A DNA stretch of 64,000 bases from Octopus vulgaris (lineage: Eukaryota): assembly GCA_951406725.2 (NCBI GenBank), contig OX597830.1, positions 42,098,001-42,162,000 on the forward strand. Direction: 5' to 3'. Position numbers and translations under genes: made by a program. The first letter of the stretch is position 1. Each line of letters begins with the position of its first letter. The notes beneath the pieces are model-generated. The model saw only the letters and a program-made list of their open reading frames with translations, made no database searches and had not been told where the DNA came from. Shown here in pieces: positions 52,368-64,000 of this stretch.

Positions 52368-52631
52368 ATTTATTCTTTTATTGGGCATAAGGGCTCACAT
52401 ACAAAAACAGGACAATACAAAGGGTTTTCGCGTGTACACAATATAAATAACAGTTAAACATTAAACAAATTAAACTCTCGATAGGGGAAGCACTTTAAGG
52501 TCCTCATGGAAAAACCCACAAAAGCCATGGGTGCCTGAACAGGGCAAGAGCCCTTCTTTTTTTTACAGGTGCACACTCAGAACTGGTCCTTTCACACTGG
52601 CCACTCTTCCCATTCACCCACCTTTCATCAA
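52368..52631 (-). mobile_element. 3' end of a LINE, tentatively L1/Tx1 clade; a second copy lies at 63765-64000
   Basis: The two copies share CTTTAAG.TCCTCATGGAAAAACCCACAAAAGCCATGGGTGCCTGAACA. The minus strand ends an ORF with ERWVN..RVASVKGPVLSVHL*, followed by a 3' UTR and an AAAGAATAAATTATT end. Confidence 0.55.
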
Positions 52632-55600
52632 CCTGGTACTTATTTTATTGACCCCAAAAGGATGAAAGGCAAAGTTGACCTTGGCAGAATCTGAACTCAG
52701 AACGTAAAGACAGGTGAAATGCCTCTAAGTGCTTTGCCCAGCTTAATGCCTTACTCCAGGATCAGATATTAACTTTTGGTTGTGCTTAATATTCTACTGC
52801 TGCAGTTCTTAGGAAAGGTATGAACATCACAGCTCCATTCGGCCCTTTTCTCATAAACCATAATTCTGATAAAAAATTTTTTTTTTAAATTTTGATCTTT
52901 ATCTTTTATCCTTCACTTATTTTAGTCACTGGACTGTTGCCATGCTGGGTCCCTGCCTTGAAGGATTTTAGTCAAAGAAATTGACCTCAGTGCTTTTGTC
53001 GACGCCATGCAACTGCCCCTCCCTACCCCCGGTCAAACTGTTCACCTCATGCCGGAAAGGAAAATGAGTGACAAATGTGAATGATGATGATGTACTCTGT
53101 TGGCCTCTTGTACCAAACTGTTAAGTTACAGGGATATAAACGAACACAAAGACACACGTGCACCTGTATACACAATGGGCTTCCATACAGTTTCGATTTA
53201 CCAAATTCACTCACAAGGCATTGGTTGGCCCAGGGTTATAGTAGAAAACACTTGCCCAAGGTGCCAAACAGTGGGACTGAACCTAGAACCCTGCAGTTGC
53301 AAAGCAAGCTTCTTAGCCACACAACCAATCCGGCAGGCACATTTTTTATTATTATTATTGAAGATATTAATCGATAAAAGTATTTTTTTAAAATCTTTTT
53401 TTTTTATAAACTTTGCAAAATTATATGAGAGAAAGAGAGATAAAAAGGAAGAAGAAATAGACAAATTAAAGAAAGGTATATACGCTTAAAATTCTTTTTA
53501 TATATTAAGAGAGAGAGGGGAGGGAGAGAGAAAGATGATGAAAAAGAGAAATAGAGCAAAAGAAAAAAGAGAGAGAGGAGTCGAGAGGAAGAAGTGAGAA
53601 AAGTATAAGGAGAAGAAATTTTGGACAAATTTGCTACAGTAATGTTCTTTCATTCTAAAATTAAGTTCTCTTAACATCATCGCACTCTTCCAAAGTAGTA
53701 AATGTTCTTCTATCAACTAATTTTAGTTATTCACAAAGACAGCATTTACATAGAATTTTTGATTTTGATAATTATTTACAAGAAAAAAAAAAAAACAAAA
53801 AAAGAAAAACATTCAAATTGCATTTATCAAAGGGAAGTTCAAGAAGGTGTTTAAGTTATGTGATTTATTAAAACTCCAAATGGTATAGAAAAAATTTTTT
53901 TTAAAAATAATGTAACTGTAAAAAGCAAAACAAAAAATTCTATTGAGTGTAAAATAAAAATAAAAAAATTTAAATAAGATACGAGACAAATGGGGATTTT
54001 TTTTTTTTATTCCTCCCTTAAGTGACAGCTAATCCAATCACAACATTTGACCTCAATAATTTTTCTGAATTTCTAAAGAAATGGAACCAAAATTAGTGAC
54101 GAAAAAATGCTTTTCCCTTTTACTATAAAGAAGCTGAAATAAGGTTTGTGTGTGTGTAAATAAATATATATACATACATACAAACACACACACACATACA
54201 GATAGCTAGACAGACACACAGATACAAAATGAGTTTTGTTTCTTTTTTAATTTTCATATGATTTTTAACTTGAAAGTTAACTGGCAACTACATAAAACCA
54301 CAAAGTTTGTATTACAATTATAGTTTTTTTGTTTTTTTTTAAGCATCATCACCACTCAAAAGAGGTGTTCCAGCTTTGAATTAAAACTAGTCCTTTCTTT
54401 TCAGTATTTCTTCCCACATTATAGATTTTTTTCTCTAGTGTAGTTCTAATTCTGTCACTGATTAACCCTTTGCATTCACATATTCTGTCAAACGTAATGC
54501 TTATTTATTCACATTATTTTGAATTAATCATGCATTATAATCATAACCTCGAAATTTCAATGATGTTGATTGCATCATTTTAGAATGACATTGGAGGGTA
54601 AGTATGAGAGGCTAGATCAGGCCAGTTTGAACATAAAACATAAATATTTGGGTCGGATATGGCTGGTTTAAATAAGGAGTGTTTCAAAGGTATATATTAT
54701 TTTCTACTCTAGGCTCAAGGCCCGAAATTTTGGGGGAGGGGTCAGTCAATTAGATTGACCCAGTACGTAACTGGTACTTTATTGACCCTGGCAGAATTTG
54801 AATTGAGAACATAAAGACAGATGACATACCACTAAGCATTTCGCCCGGTGTGCCAATGCTTCTGCCAGCTAGCCGCATATATTATATACATATATACATA
54901 CATACATTTATTTCACTTGCTATACTGCAGGTTGAGTAAATTCAATTGAACAGCCTGCTTGACAAATTAATGTGCAAATGGTTGAGCACCAGGGCCATGA
55001 AGTCAGAGTCAGAATCATGGACTCTGAGTTGGAAACAATTCAGAAGCTGGAGTCAGTAAAACTACACTGACTCGACTCACAATATCTTTATTCTTTAATA
55101 TAAACCAGTTATAACATATAAGTCTACTCTATGCATTTATGAGATATTTAGACCACAATCACTTAATTACATAAAGAGGAGTCGGAGGTGCCAATAGTAG
55201 AGGAGTTGGAGTCAAGTTTTTTGTTTCGACTCCACAGACATATGTACCCATAATGTAGTTTCTCAGGGAGATTCAGAGTGATACAGAATGTAACAAGGCT
55301 GGCCCTTTGAAATACACAGGAACTACACATTTTTGTCAGCAGAGTGAACTGGAACAAGATGAAATTAAGTATCTTGCTCAAGGACACAACACACTGCCAG
55401 GAATTGAACTCCTGAGCTTACAATCATGAGCTAAATACACTAACCAGTAAGCCACATGCCTTTACTTCAAGAAAGTCCTCATAACTACTCCCTAAAGGTC
55501 ACAATTCTGCATTATCATACTCGGGTTTCATTGCACCTCATATTCCAGTTGGTGACAGAAGTAGCAAACTCTTCTATCTTATTTCTTTATTGCCTACAAG

Positions 55601-55944
55601 GGGCTACATACAGAGGGGACAAACGAAGGGATTAAGTCGATTATATCGACCCCAGTGCGTAACTAGTACTTAATTTATCGACCCCGAAATGATGAAAGGC
55701 AAAGTCGACCTCAGCGGAATTTGAATTCAGGATATAGCAGCAAACAAAATACCGCTAAGCATTTCGCCCGGCGTGCAAACATTTGTACAAGCTTGCTGCC
55801 TCTTCTATCTTGAGATACAAAGTACTTCACATCTATTTGAGAAAAACAGCTGAAAGTTACTCATTAACAACAATTATGATGTCTGTTTTACTTCACATTT
55901 AGTGAAGATGTGTAGCCTAGTGGTTAAGTTCAAATTCCACCATG

Positions 55945-56342
55945 GCTTACTTGAGTGCTAGACTTACTCTACCATGTGGATTGAACACTGTTCACTGGTC
56001 CTTAGGTACCTTAGGCAGAATCCACTCTTGCAAGTATTCAGGTCATACCTCTAGTTTCCTAACACATTCCTCCTCCTCAGCTCTGCCCTTTATCTTGACC
56101 AGCAGTAGTAAGGAAGCAGGCGCTGTAAGAGCATGTCACTGCTTCCTCCATTTTGTTGGTGGATGGCACTTTTGCACTACTCGGGTAACAACCTTCCGAC
56201 CCATGGGTCTTTTTGGGTAGCTATTGCTGGTGAGGGCTTTATGAGGTCCAAGTGCAAATCCTACCTTAACCTCTTTTAGTCTCGTTTTATGACACACAGA
56301 AGAAACATTGGGTTTATTCTTTGGTGTGCCAGTCCCCACAGA
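55945..56342 (-). mobile_element. Probable decayed RTE-type LINE 5' end
   Basis: Minus strand TGTGGGGAC..AAGAATA..TTCTGTGTGTCATAAAACGAGACTAAAAGAGG resembles an RTE 5' motif (..AGAATA..CCTGCGTGTCGTAAGAGGCGACTAAAAGGG) that I recall from other invertebrates. Confidence 0.4.
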
Positions 56343-57439
56343 GCATTTTGACTAATTGATAAAAATAAAAGAATTTACTGAATACATTGGTTTCATATTT
56401 TGGCACAAGGCCAGTAACTTCAGGGGAGGAGCTAAGTCGATTACATTGACCCCAGTATACAACTGATACTTATTTTATCGACCCCGAAGGGTTGAAAGGT
56501 AAAGATGACCATGGCAGAATTTGAACTCAGAACATACAGACAGATGAAATGCTGCTAAGCATTTGCCCAGCATGCTAATGATTCTGCCAGCTAACTGTCC
56601 AATTTACTGAATCCATCGGAATCGAAGACAAAACAAAATTTTTTTCTAAAAGTGACACTATTAAAAAGAAAGAAAAGAAAAAATGGTGAGATTGTTGTAT
56701 GTTTAACCCTTTAGTATTTCAACCAGCCACATGAGGTCCATATATTCTTGCATGTTTTATGACCAGATTCAGTCTCTCACATCTACTTTACAATGTCATC
56801 CAAAGAATAAACAATATCATCGAAATCTCAAAACCATGAGATAATGCATAAATAATTGAAACCAATTTGAATAAATAAGTCTTATGCTTGATAGAATTAT
56901 CTAGGGTTAAATAGCTACATGTTCTCATAAAATGACTCTTTGCAAACATTTCAAAATATTTAATTAATTAAAAACCTAGTTTTCTATACTGTGTCATAAC
57001 AGAGTTTGTCCCAATCTGGACACTTGTTCACTGCCTAATAAAGGCAACCTACACCATACTTTTTCAGCCATACCCTGAACCCTCTTAGCCCCCTTAGGTC
57101 AGTTATGAGTCCTAGGATTCATGAGGCTGGAGCTTAATCCCATTTCCAAGACATAAAGTGACTGAGATTGTAACATTCACCCCTGAACAGAATTCCAATT
57201 GCTGGAATTCATTTACAGCTGAGTAAACTAGAGCAACATGAAACAAAGTCTTGCTCAAGAACACAACACACAGCCTAGTCCGGGAATTGAAACCATCATC
57301 ATACAATTGTGAATGCAACGCCCTAACATGTCAATACCCCAAACCTTCTAGTACTTAGTTCATTTGGTTAGGGTTTCATTAAACCTATGCTGGTAACAGA
57401 TGTGCATCACATCTGCTGCATGTATTCGTTCCAATTGCA

Positions 57440-58046
57440 CAGTTCTAACAGATAAAACACTCCCTGTTCAACATTATCAGCTTCGACATTAATGCCCCTT
57501 TCTTCGATCATTCCAACCCAACAAGGTAGTGTACTTTTCCCATCACCTTCAAACAATGAAATCCTTCACTAGCTCCCATCTGCAACTACCTCTGCAATCT
57601 TTTCTCTTCTAACAAAAATCTTAAGTCTTCTATTCCTTCAGATTCCAAACAGAAAAAAAAAAAAAATCTCTAAAACTTCCACCTGTAAGTCTCACTGCCT
57701 TAACTTCCTTCACCTTTGAGAATGGTAGAACAGTTGTAAACAACCCCTTTCTTTATCATCTCTAACTCTATCCCCTCTCAATAACCATCACTATGATTTC
57801 TACAAAGGCACAGAGTTACTAGTGGTCTGTCCAAGCATCACCTACCATTGGTTGGTCTCTCATAGTTGAGAACTTTGGTGACAGTAACATTATGCTTAGC
57901 AACAGGAAAATCTTGGCCAGATCTAACACGAGAACTTCCTCTCGGAAGCATGTCCTAACAACTCCGGTGTACCTTGGGGGTATAGTCATGCCTCACCCAT
58001 TCTTTCTTTTGTATGTTAATAACCTACTTGCTATTACTAACCCCCA
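57440..58046 (+). pseudogene. Decayed reverse transcriptase of a CR1/L2/Jockey-group LINE
   Basis: Ordered fragments LAPICNYL, LNNHHYDF, ENFGDS and SGVPWG..FFLLYVNNLL correspond to LAP.L..LF, Q.GF, FGES and SGVPQGSVL.P.LF.LYINDL. Confidence 0.65.
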
Positions 58047-58683
58047 TACACACACACACACACACATAAACATACAGACTCTTAACCATTCCCACATTGG
58101 TCTCATATACAAGCAGACAGATGCACACACACATACACACTTAGTTAATGTATGCTAGACTTGCACTATTTCCATAAGCATGACCTTCACTGACCATACC
58201 ATATAAGATGGGGGTAGAGGAGATCTACAACAACACATGGGTATGTCCATCTTTCTTCAAACACAGTAATATTCTTTGCTACTCTAGGCACAAGACCTGA
58301 AATTTTTGGCGTTAGGAAGAGCATCCAGCTGTAGAAACTTTGCTAGATTGGATTGGAGTCTGGCGCAGCCTTCTGGCTTGCCAGCCCTCAGTCAAACCGT
58401 CTAACCCATGCCAGCATGGAAAGCGGATGTTAAATGACGACAATGATGATAATGATGCGGCCAGATCAACCCCAGTACGCAACTGGTACTTAATTTATAA
58501 ACTGCAAAAGCATGAAAGGCAAAGTCAACCTCGGTGGAATTTGAACTCAGAACATAAAGACAAACGAAATACTGCTAAGCATTTCATCTGGCATGCTAAT
58601 GTTTCTGACAGCTCACCACCTTTCAAACATAATAACATTGACCTCTTAATGTATAGAACTTTTAAAAACAAGACAGAAAGTTG

Positions 58684-58809
58684 TGGCTGTGTGGTAAGTA
58701 GCTTGCTTACCAACCACATGGTTCCAGATTCAGTCCCACTACATGGCACCTTGGGCTGACCAAAGCCTTATGAGTGGATTTGGTAAATGAAAACTGAAAG
58801 AAGCCCGTC

Positions 58810-58857
<48 letters not shown>

Positions 58858-59085
58858 TATGTATGTATGTGTGTGTATATGTTTGTATGTCTGTGTTTGT
58901 CCCCCCAACATCGCTTGACAACCGATACTGGTGTGTTTATGCTCCTGTAAATTAGCGGTTCGGCAAAAGAGACCGATAGAATAAGCACTAGGCTTACAAA
59001 GAATAAGTCCTGGGGTCGATTTACTCGACTAAAGGCGGTGCTCCAGCATGGCTGCAGTCAAATGACTGAAACAAGTAAAAGAGTA
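58684..59085 (+). mobile_element. SINE family B with a CORE-region deletion
   Basis: High similarity to 18444-18853. CCTTGGGC is joined directly to TGACCAAAG. Confidence 0.9.
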
Positions 59086-60406
59086 TATTATATCAGTACA
59101 AAAATAAAGGTAGCCCTTTTTTTTTTGAGATAAAAATCTCCAGACTCTGTATAGCCAAGAATGACAGAATATATGCCACTGTTAGGAGAGAATGATGCAT
59201 GTAATGAAAGACGTAGCAGGATTAATGAGAAAAATCGAAAAACAAGGAATTATCTTAAAATTAAGAAAGCTCTCACAGAACTATAAATAAACAGCTCAAC
59301 TGTTTGTTTGTTTGTGTGTGTATGTGAGTGCCAATATGTGTGTAAATAAGTGTGTGAGTGCATGTGTTTATGTGTGCAAGTGTGTGAGTGCAATTGAAAT
59401 GTGGTTCAAAAGCACACATATTTATCAAAATTATCCAGTGTGGTTATGACAGAAGCTAACAGTAGAAGAATGGCTGAAAACAGAACCATTTTCTACAGCA
59501 ACTTTTAACAATAAGTGTTTCGGCTTCTATTTCAACAAAAGGTTTCCATAGAAACTAAATGCAAATCAATAAATATAGGAAATGAATCAACTGCTGCAAG
59601 AAGAGTTGATAATGTTAGAAATGACATTAATAATAGTAACAACAGAAACAGGACTAGTTTTAATAGCTTAATTTGCCTTGGTTCCTCAGCCACCTCACAC
59701 TCTACCACTCACCTCCCACTGTGCTACATGTTCAATATTTGAAATATGCTACAGCTAATTATTATCATTAAGTCAAAGAAAAAAAAAAACTAAAATGAAT
59801 AGAAACAAAAAAAAACTTTAAAAAAATAAAAACGAACAAACTTTGAAAACACGGTTTAGCAAAAGAATCAAAAAAACAAAAAAAGAGGGAGAAAGGAAAA
59901 GCAACATCTTTCTTGAGTAGTAAAATAGCCGAGTTGGAAAAATAAAGACAACAACAACTGCAATGTGATTTGCATATGCTTATAAAAGAAAAGCAAAAAT
60001 AAAAATTTAAAAACAAAAAAAAAACAACTAACCAACCTTACATTCGAATGAAAAAAGACTAATGCACAAATTATAAGTAGTAATAATTTAAAACAAGAAA
60101 GGAAAAGACAAATAGAGAGAGGAGGAGTGAAAAGCCCAAATGTAATGGAGTGGGGGAAAGGGTGAGAAAATTCAATCAAAAATGCAGAAGCTAATTAGCT
60201 AAGATTATGTTCAAAAATATCCAGGGGAATTAAATACATAGTTTTTCCTTTTTTTTTTTTCACAAAATATTTCACATTAAGTTATGATAATAATGTTATC
60301 CACCTCACTACACAAAAACATTTGTCTATCTGCCTATCTATCTATGCCTGTCTATATATATATATATATATAAACACATACAGTCACACATATATATACA
60401 TACATA

Positions 60407-61294
60407 TTAGGTCATCCCATAAATAATGCAGTTTTTTTTATACTTCTTTTATTTTTCAAAATTAAGATAAACAAAATTCTTTTTTAATCTAAAATATACT
60501 CTCCTTCATTTTCTACAATGCTTTTCCATCTATCTGGTAGACTTGCAAGGACCCTCTTCCAATATTCACTTCTCTGTGATGAAAAATACTCCTTCAGTAC
60601 TGTTCTGACCTCATCTACAGAATTCATAGTTTTTCCATCGAATGGTTTTGAAGACTGCAGAATAAATGATAATCAGATGGGACAATGTCCAATGAATATG
60701 GTTAGTGGGGCATCGTTTCCCATTCAAACTGCTCCAGCCTTTGGAGTGTCATCCTTGCTGTATGTGACCAAATATTATCCTGAACCAAAGATGGTTGTTT
60801 CTCATCTAGCACTGACTTGAATGACTGGTTGAATGACCAAATCCAAGTTACCCTGCTGGTTCCTCAAAGTTACGGTGGGATTTTATTTCACTAGGGTTTT
60901 GCAAAACATCCTTGTCAACCTCTACAGATCTTCCAGGATGAGGGTCATCTTCTAGGCTGTAGTTTCTGAAACCACCGCTGAAACTGGTTTACGCTTATTG
61001 TCCAATCCCCATATACTGAATTAATATTCCTCACACTTTCCGTTGCATTGTTGTCTTTATTGAACTCATAAAACAAAATATGCTGAATATGCTCCTGTGT
61101 CACTTCCATTATAGCTTTGAAAAAGAAAACTGCTAAAATCGAACTGCACTCTTCAAAACTTTCACTGAGAATAATACAAGGTAAAATTACTACCTGCTTT
61201 TATAGCAAGTTGATTGCAGGTAGTTTATTCCATCCCCCTCCGAATTTTAGTTCTTGCGATTGAAAAAAAACGCACTATTAATGGGATGACCCAG
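60407..61294 (-). mobile_element. Internally deleted mariner transposon
   Basis: TIRs of about 30 bp (TTAGGTCATCCCATAAATAATGC / GCACTATTAATGGGATGACCCAG) with TA on both sides. Confidence 0.92.
60484..61109 (-). pseudogene. Mariner transposase pseudogene
   Basis: N-terminus MEVTQEHIQHILFYEFNKDNNATESVRNINSVYG..QRWFQK, then WETMPH*PYSLDIVPSDYHLFCSL (YSPDLAPSD motif), then LASLPDRWKSIVENEGEYILD*. The central region is missing. Confidence 0.9.
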
Positions 61295-62485
61295 TATATA
61301 TACACACGCACACATATATATATATATGTATATATATATGCATATGTGTATATATATAAATGTATATGTGTGTATATATATATATGTATATGTGTGTATA
61401 TATATGTATATGTGTATATATGTGTGTGTGTGTGAATGTGTCTTTTATCTTCTACTTGCTGCAGCAGTGCCTTGAAGGCTTTAGTGAAACAAATTGATCC
61501 CAGGATTTGTTTCTTTTAAGACTGGTACTTATTTTATTGGTCTCTTTTGTCAAACCACAAAGTCACAGGGATGCAAACAAACTTACACTGGTCGTCAGGC
61601 AGTAGTAGGAGACAAACACAAAGACACACACTTATATGTGATGAGCCTCTTTCCGTTTCCATCGGCCAGCTTCACTTACAAGGTTGTGGTTAGCTCAGGG
61701 TTACACCGGAAGACACTTGTTCAAGGTGCCACACAGTGGGACTGAACCTGGAACCTTGTGGTTAGGAAGCAAACTTCTTACCACACAGCCATACACACAC
61801 ACAGGCATATGCACAAAATTTTCAAAATTTTAATAAAAACAATCACTTTTTAATATTTCAAAATTATAACAGGATTTCTCTAGTTTATATCAAAAGAAAA
61901 ATATCATGGTGGAGATGGGGCAATGAAGATGGGAGTGGGGGTGAAAAAGAAACTTGCTGCAACCCTTATAGTGGTGCCTGTGGAGAGCTGTATGCACAAG
62001 TGGGGTGCTAAATAGTTCCTGGTTTTAAAGGCACCACGAAAGGCCTGGTTGGAGGCCCAACCTTCCAAGTTCTTCTACAGGGCGTCGAATAACTGAAGAA
62101 TCGCTGCAATAACTGTGTGAATCTGACAGGATAATATGTTGAATAAAATTATAATTAACTGATCTTCCCGTATTTTCTTTTATCCAACTTTTCAGTATTC
62201 CATTATAAATATCAAAGGAAAATCACTTCTCTTGAAAGTTTCAATGGCTATGTGGTAAGAAGTTTGTTTCTCAACCATATAGTTCAAGGTTCAATCCCAG
62301 TGTGTGGTACCTCAGGCAAGTATCTTCAACTGTAACCCTGGGTAGACCAAAGCCCTGTGAGTGGATTTGGTAGACAGAAACTGAAAGAAGCCCATCATAT
62401 GTGTGTGTGTGTGTGTGTTTGTTTACATCCCCATAACTTAGTGGTTTGGTAAAACAAAGTACTGGGATTGATTCATCTGCTTTAA

Positions 62486-62695
62486 CCCTTTCGTTACAGT
62501 ATTTATTTTGGGATGCTCTGTGTTTCTTTCAATTACTTTAAATATAACGAAGAATTTAGTAAAATAACTTGTCATTAAGTTAGTGTTAGGAACATAAATT
62601 GTGACTAAGGTTTGGTGGAAAATTCAAAACTTATGAAAACAAGACATTTGTACTCAGAGCCAGAGCCAGTTTCAGCTGGGTTGCTAACGAAAGGG
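62486..62695 (-). mobile_element. piggyBac-like MITE family E nested in a SINE B copy (about 62245-62760)
   Basis: TTAA|CCCTTTCGTTA...TAACGAAAGGG|TTAA: perfect 11-bp TIR and TTAA TSD. Confidence 0.9.
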
Positions 62696-62898
62696 TTAAA
62701 ATTCTTCCAAGGTGGTACCCCAGCATGGCCACAGTCTAATGACTGAAACAAGTAAAAGATTAAAATATAATAGATATAACAATAGTACATTAAGGTAAAG
62801 AAAAAGCAAAAACAAGAGGGACTGGTCGTTTATTGTTTACTGCACATGCATTAGTCAGTTACTGCTACACTGGTATTGTCAAGACATTGCTTTCGCAG

Positions 62899-62937
62899 TG
62901 CTCTAGAAGTGAAGAACGTTGAAGGTGCAACTGTAAG
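62899..62937 (+). other. Candidate 39-nt symmetric microexon
   Basis: ttgctttcgcAG acceptor and AAG|GTAGGC donor. One open frame: ALEVKNVEGATV. Confidence 0.2.
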
Positions 62938-63146
62938 GTAGGCATCTGTTGGGGGTGGGGATTTAGCAGGGTTTTGTTATTTGATATTGTTTTTCTTTTC
63001 GCAAACAAGAAATCCTCACTGGGTCCCAGACATTTGTCTGCCTGCAGTCATGCTAAGTAACTCACTTAGCTGTGAGAATTGTGCTCTCAAAAATTAAGTT
63101 TAAAAAATGGAAAAATAATCCAGAATCCTTCTCCAGTACCAGATCA

Positions 63147-63518
63147 ATGATATGTGCATCTCTGACCACGAGCAGAAGTAGTGGGGGAGCATCATAGCCA
63201 TGTGTTGAAAGGAATTCTTGAAGGTTTGGATAATTCACCTTTGGAAACCTGGGTGGTTCGTTCAACATCCTTAAACAATCCTTATTCAAGGAACTTTTGA
63301 GTGGGGTGGGCTACTTGATCAGAAGAAAATTCTAACTGGGTCTCACCTGCAAGGTCATGCACTGTTTATCTTGATATGAGATCACCATGTCATGCACATA
63401 TGGTTATGATACATGTGCCTGGTGTACCCTTATCAGATGGGTAGTCATGATGGGTATACTGGGCTTCGTATATTTTACCCTAGTGTCACTTTGATGGCAT
63501 GCACTGCTCTCTCACTCA
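63147..63518 (+). mobile_element. 5'-truncated family G element
   Basis: Matches about 2190-2560 and is followed by (TAA)n. Confidence 0.85.
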
Positions 63519-63534
63519 ATAATAATAATAATAA

Positions 63535-63751
63535 TCTTTTCTACTCTAGGCACAAGGCTCAAAATTTTTGGGGAGGGGGTGCAGTCGATTAGATCGACCC
63601 CAGTATGCAACTAGTACTTAATTTATCGACCCTGAAAAGATGAAAGGCAAAACTGACCTCCAGGGAATTTTAATTCAGAATGTAAAGACAGATGAAATAC
63701 CGCTAAGCATTTTGCCCAGTGTGCTAACGTTTCTGCCAGCTCACCGCCTTT
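63535..63751 (-). mobile_element. SINE family A, full length with tail2
   Basis: Reverse complement of head and body plus a CCCCCTCCCAAAAATTTTGAGCCTTGTGCCTAGAGTAGAAAAAG tail. Further copies at about 15291-15524, 37185-37383, 41335-41541, 51890-52102, 54698-54876, 55580-55801, 56386-56600 and 58274-58622. Confidence 0.9.
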
Positions 63752-64000
63752 CATTATAATAATAATTTATTCTTTTACTAGCTACAGGGGATCACATAAA
63801 ATGACATTAAAAGACAAAAAACAGGACGAGACAATGGCATGTACACAATATAATAATAATGGTAAAAATTGAACAAATTAAAACTCCTAATGGGAGAGGC
63901 GCTTTAAGATCCTCATGGAAAAACCCACAAAAGCCATGGGTGCCTGAACAACAGGGAAAGAGCACTTCTCCTTTCCCTTTTTAAAAGTGCACACTCAGAA

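Overview
AT-rich, repeat-saturated eukaryotic DNA. The repeat inventory (several tRNA-derived SINE families, Dong/R4 and RTE LINE remnants, very dense TA/CA/TAA/GAT microsatellites) looks like a coleoid cephalopod genome, most likely Octopus; this is recognition from memory, not a database hit. I can identify no intact protein-coding gene, tRNA or rRNA, and nearly all ORFs in the track are read-throughs of microsatellites or SINEs. The window reads as a large intron or intergenic region; A-run strand bias and CpG decay of the repeats hint at a methylated minus-strand gene body. Supported features: dozens of SINE copies from about 4 modular families, Dong/R4, RTE, CR1/Jockey-like and L1/Tx1-like LINE fragments, a deleted mariner and derived MITEs, TTAA-flanked piggyBac-like MITEs, three hAT-type MITEs with 8-bp TSDs, a non-autonomous Helitron, and Penelope-like fragments carrying decayed hammerhead motifs. 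The best observations are a recent duplication-inversion with templated insertions and junction microhomologies (11462-14231), evidence that one SINE family borrowed its 3' tail from an L1/Tx1-like LINE, several elements targeting (TAA)n, hammerhead remnants, and a few low-confidence candidate exons. SINE and LINE-fragment boundaries are approximate unless a TSD is quoted.
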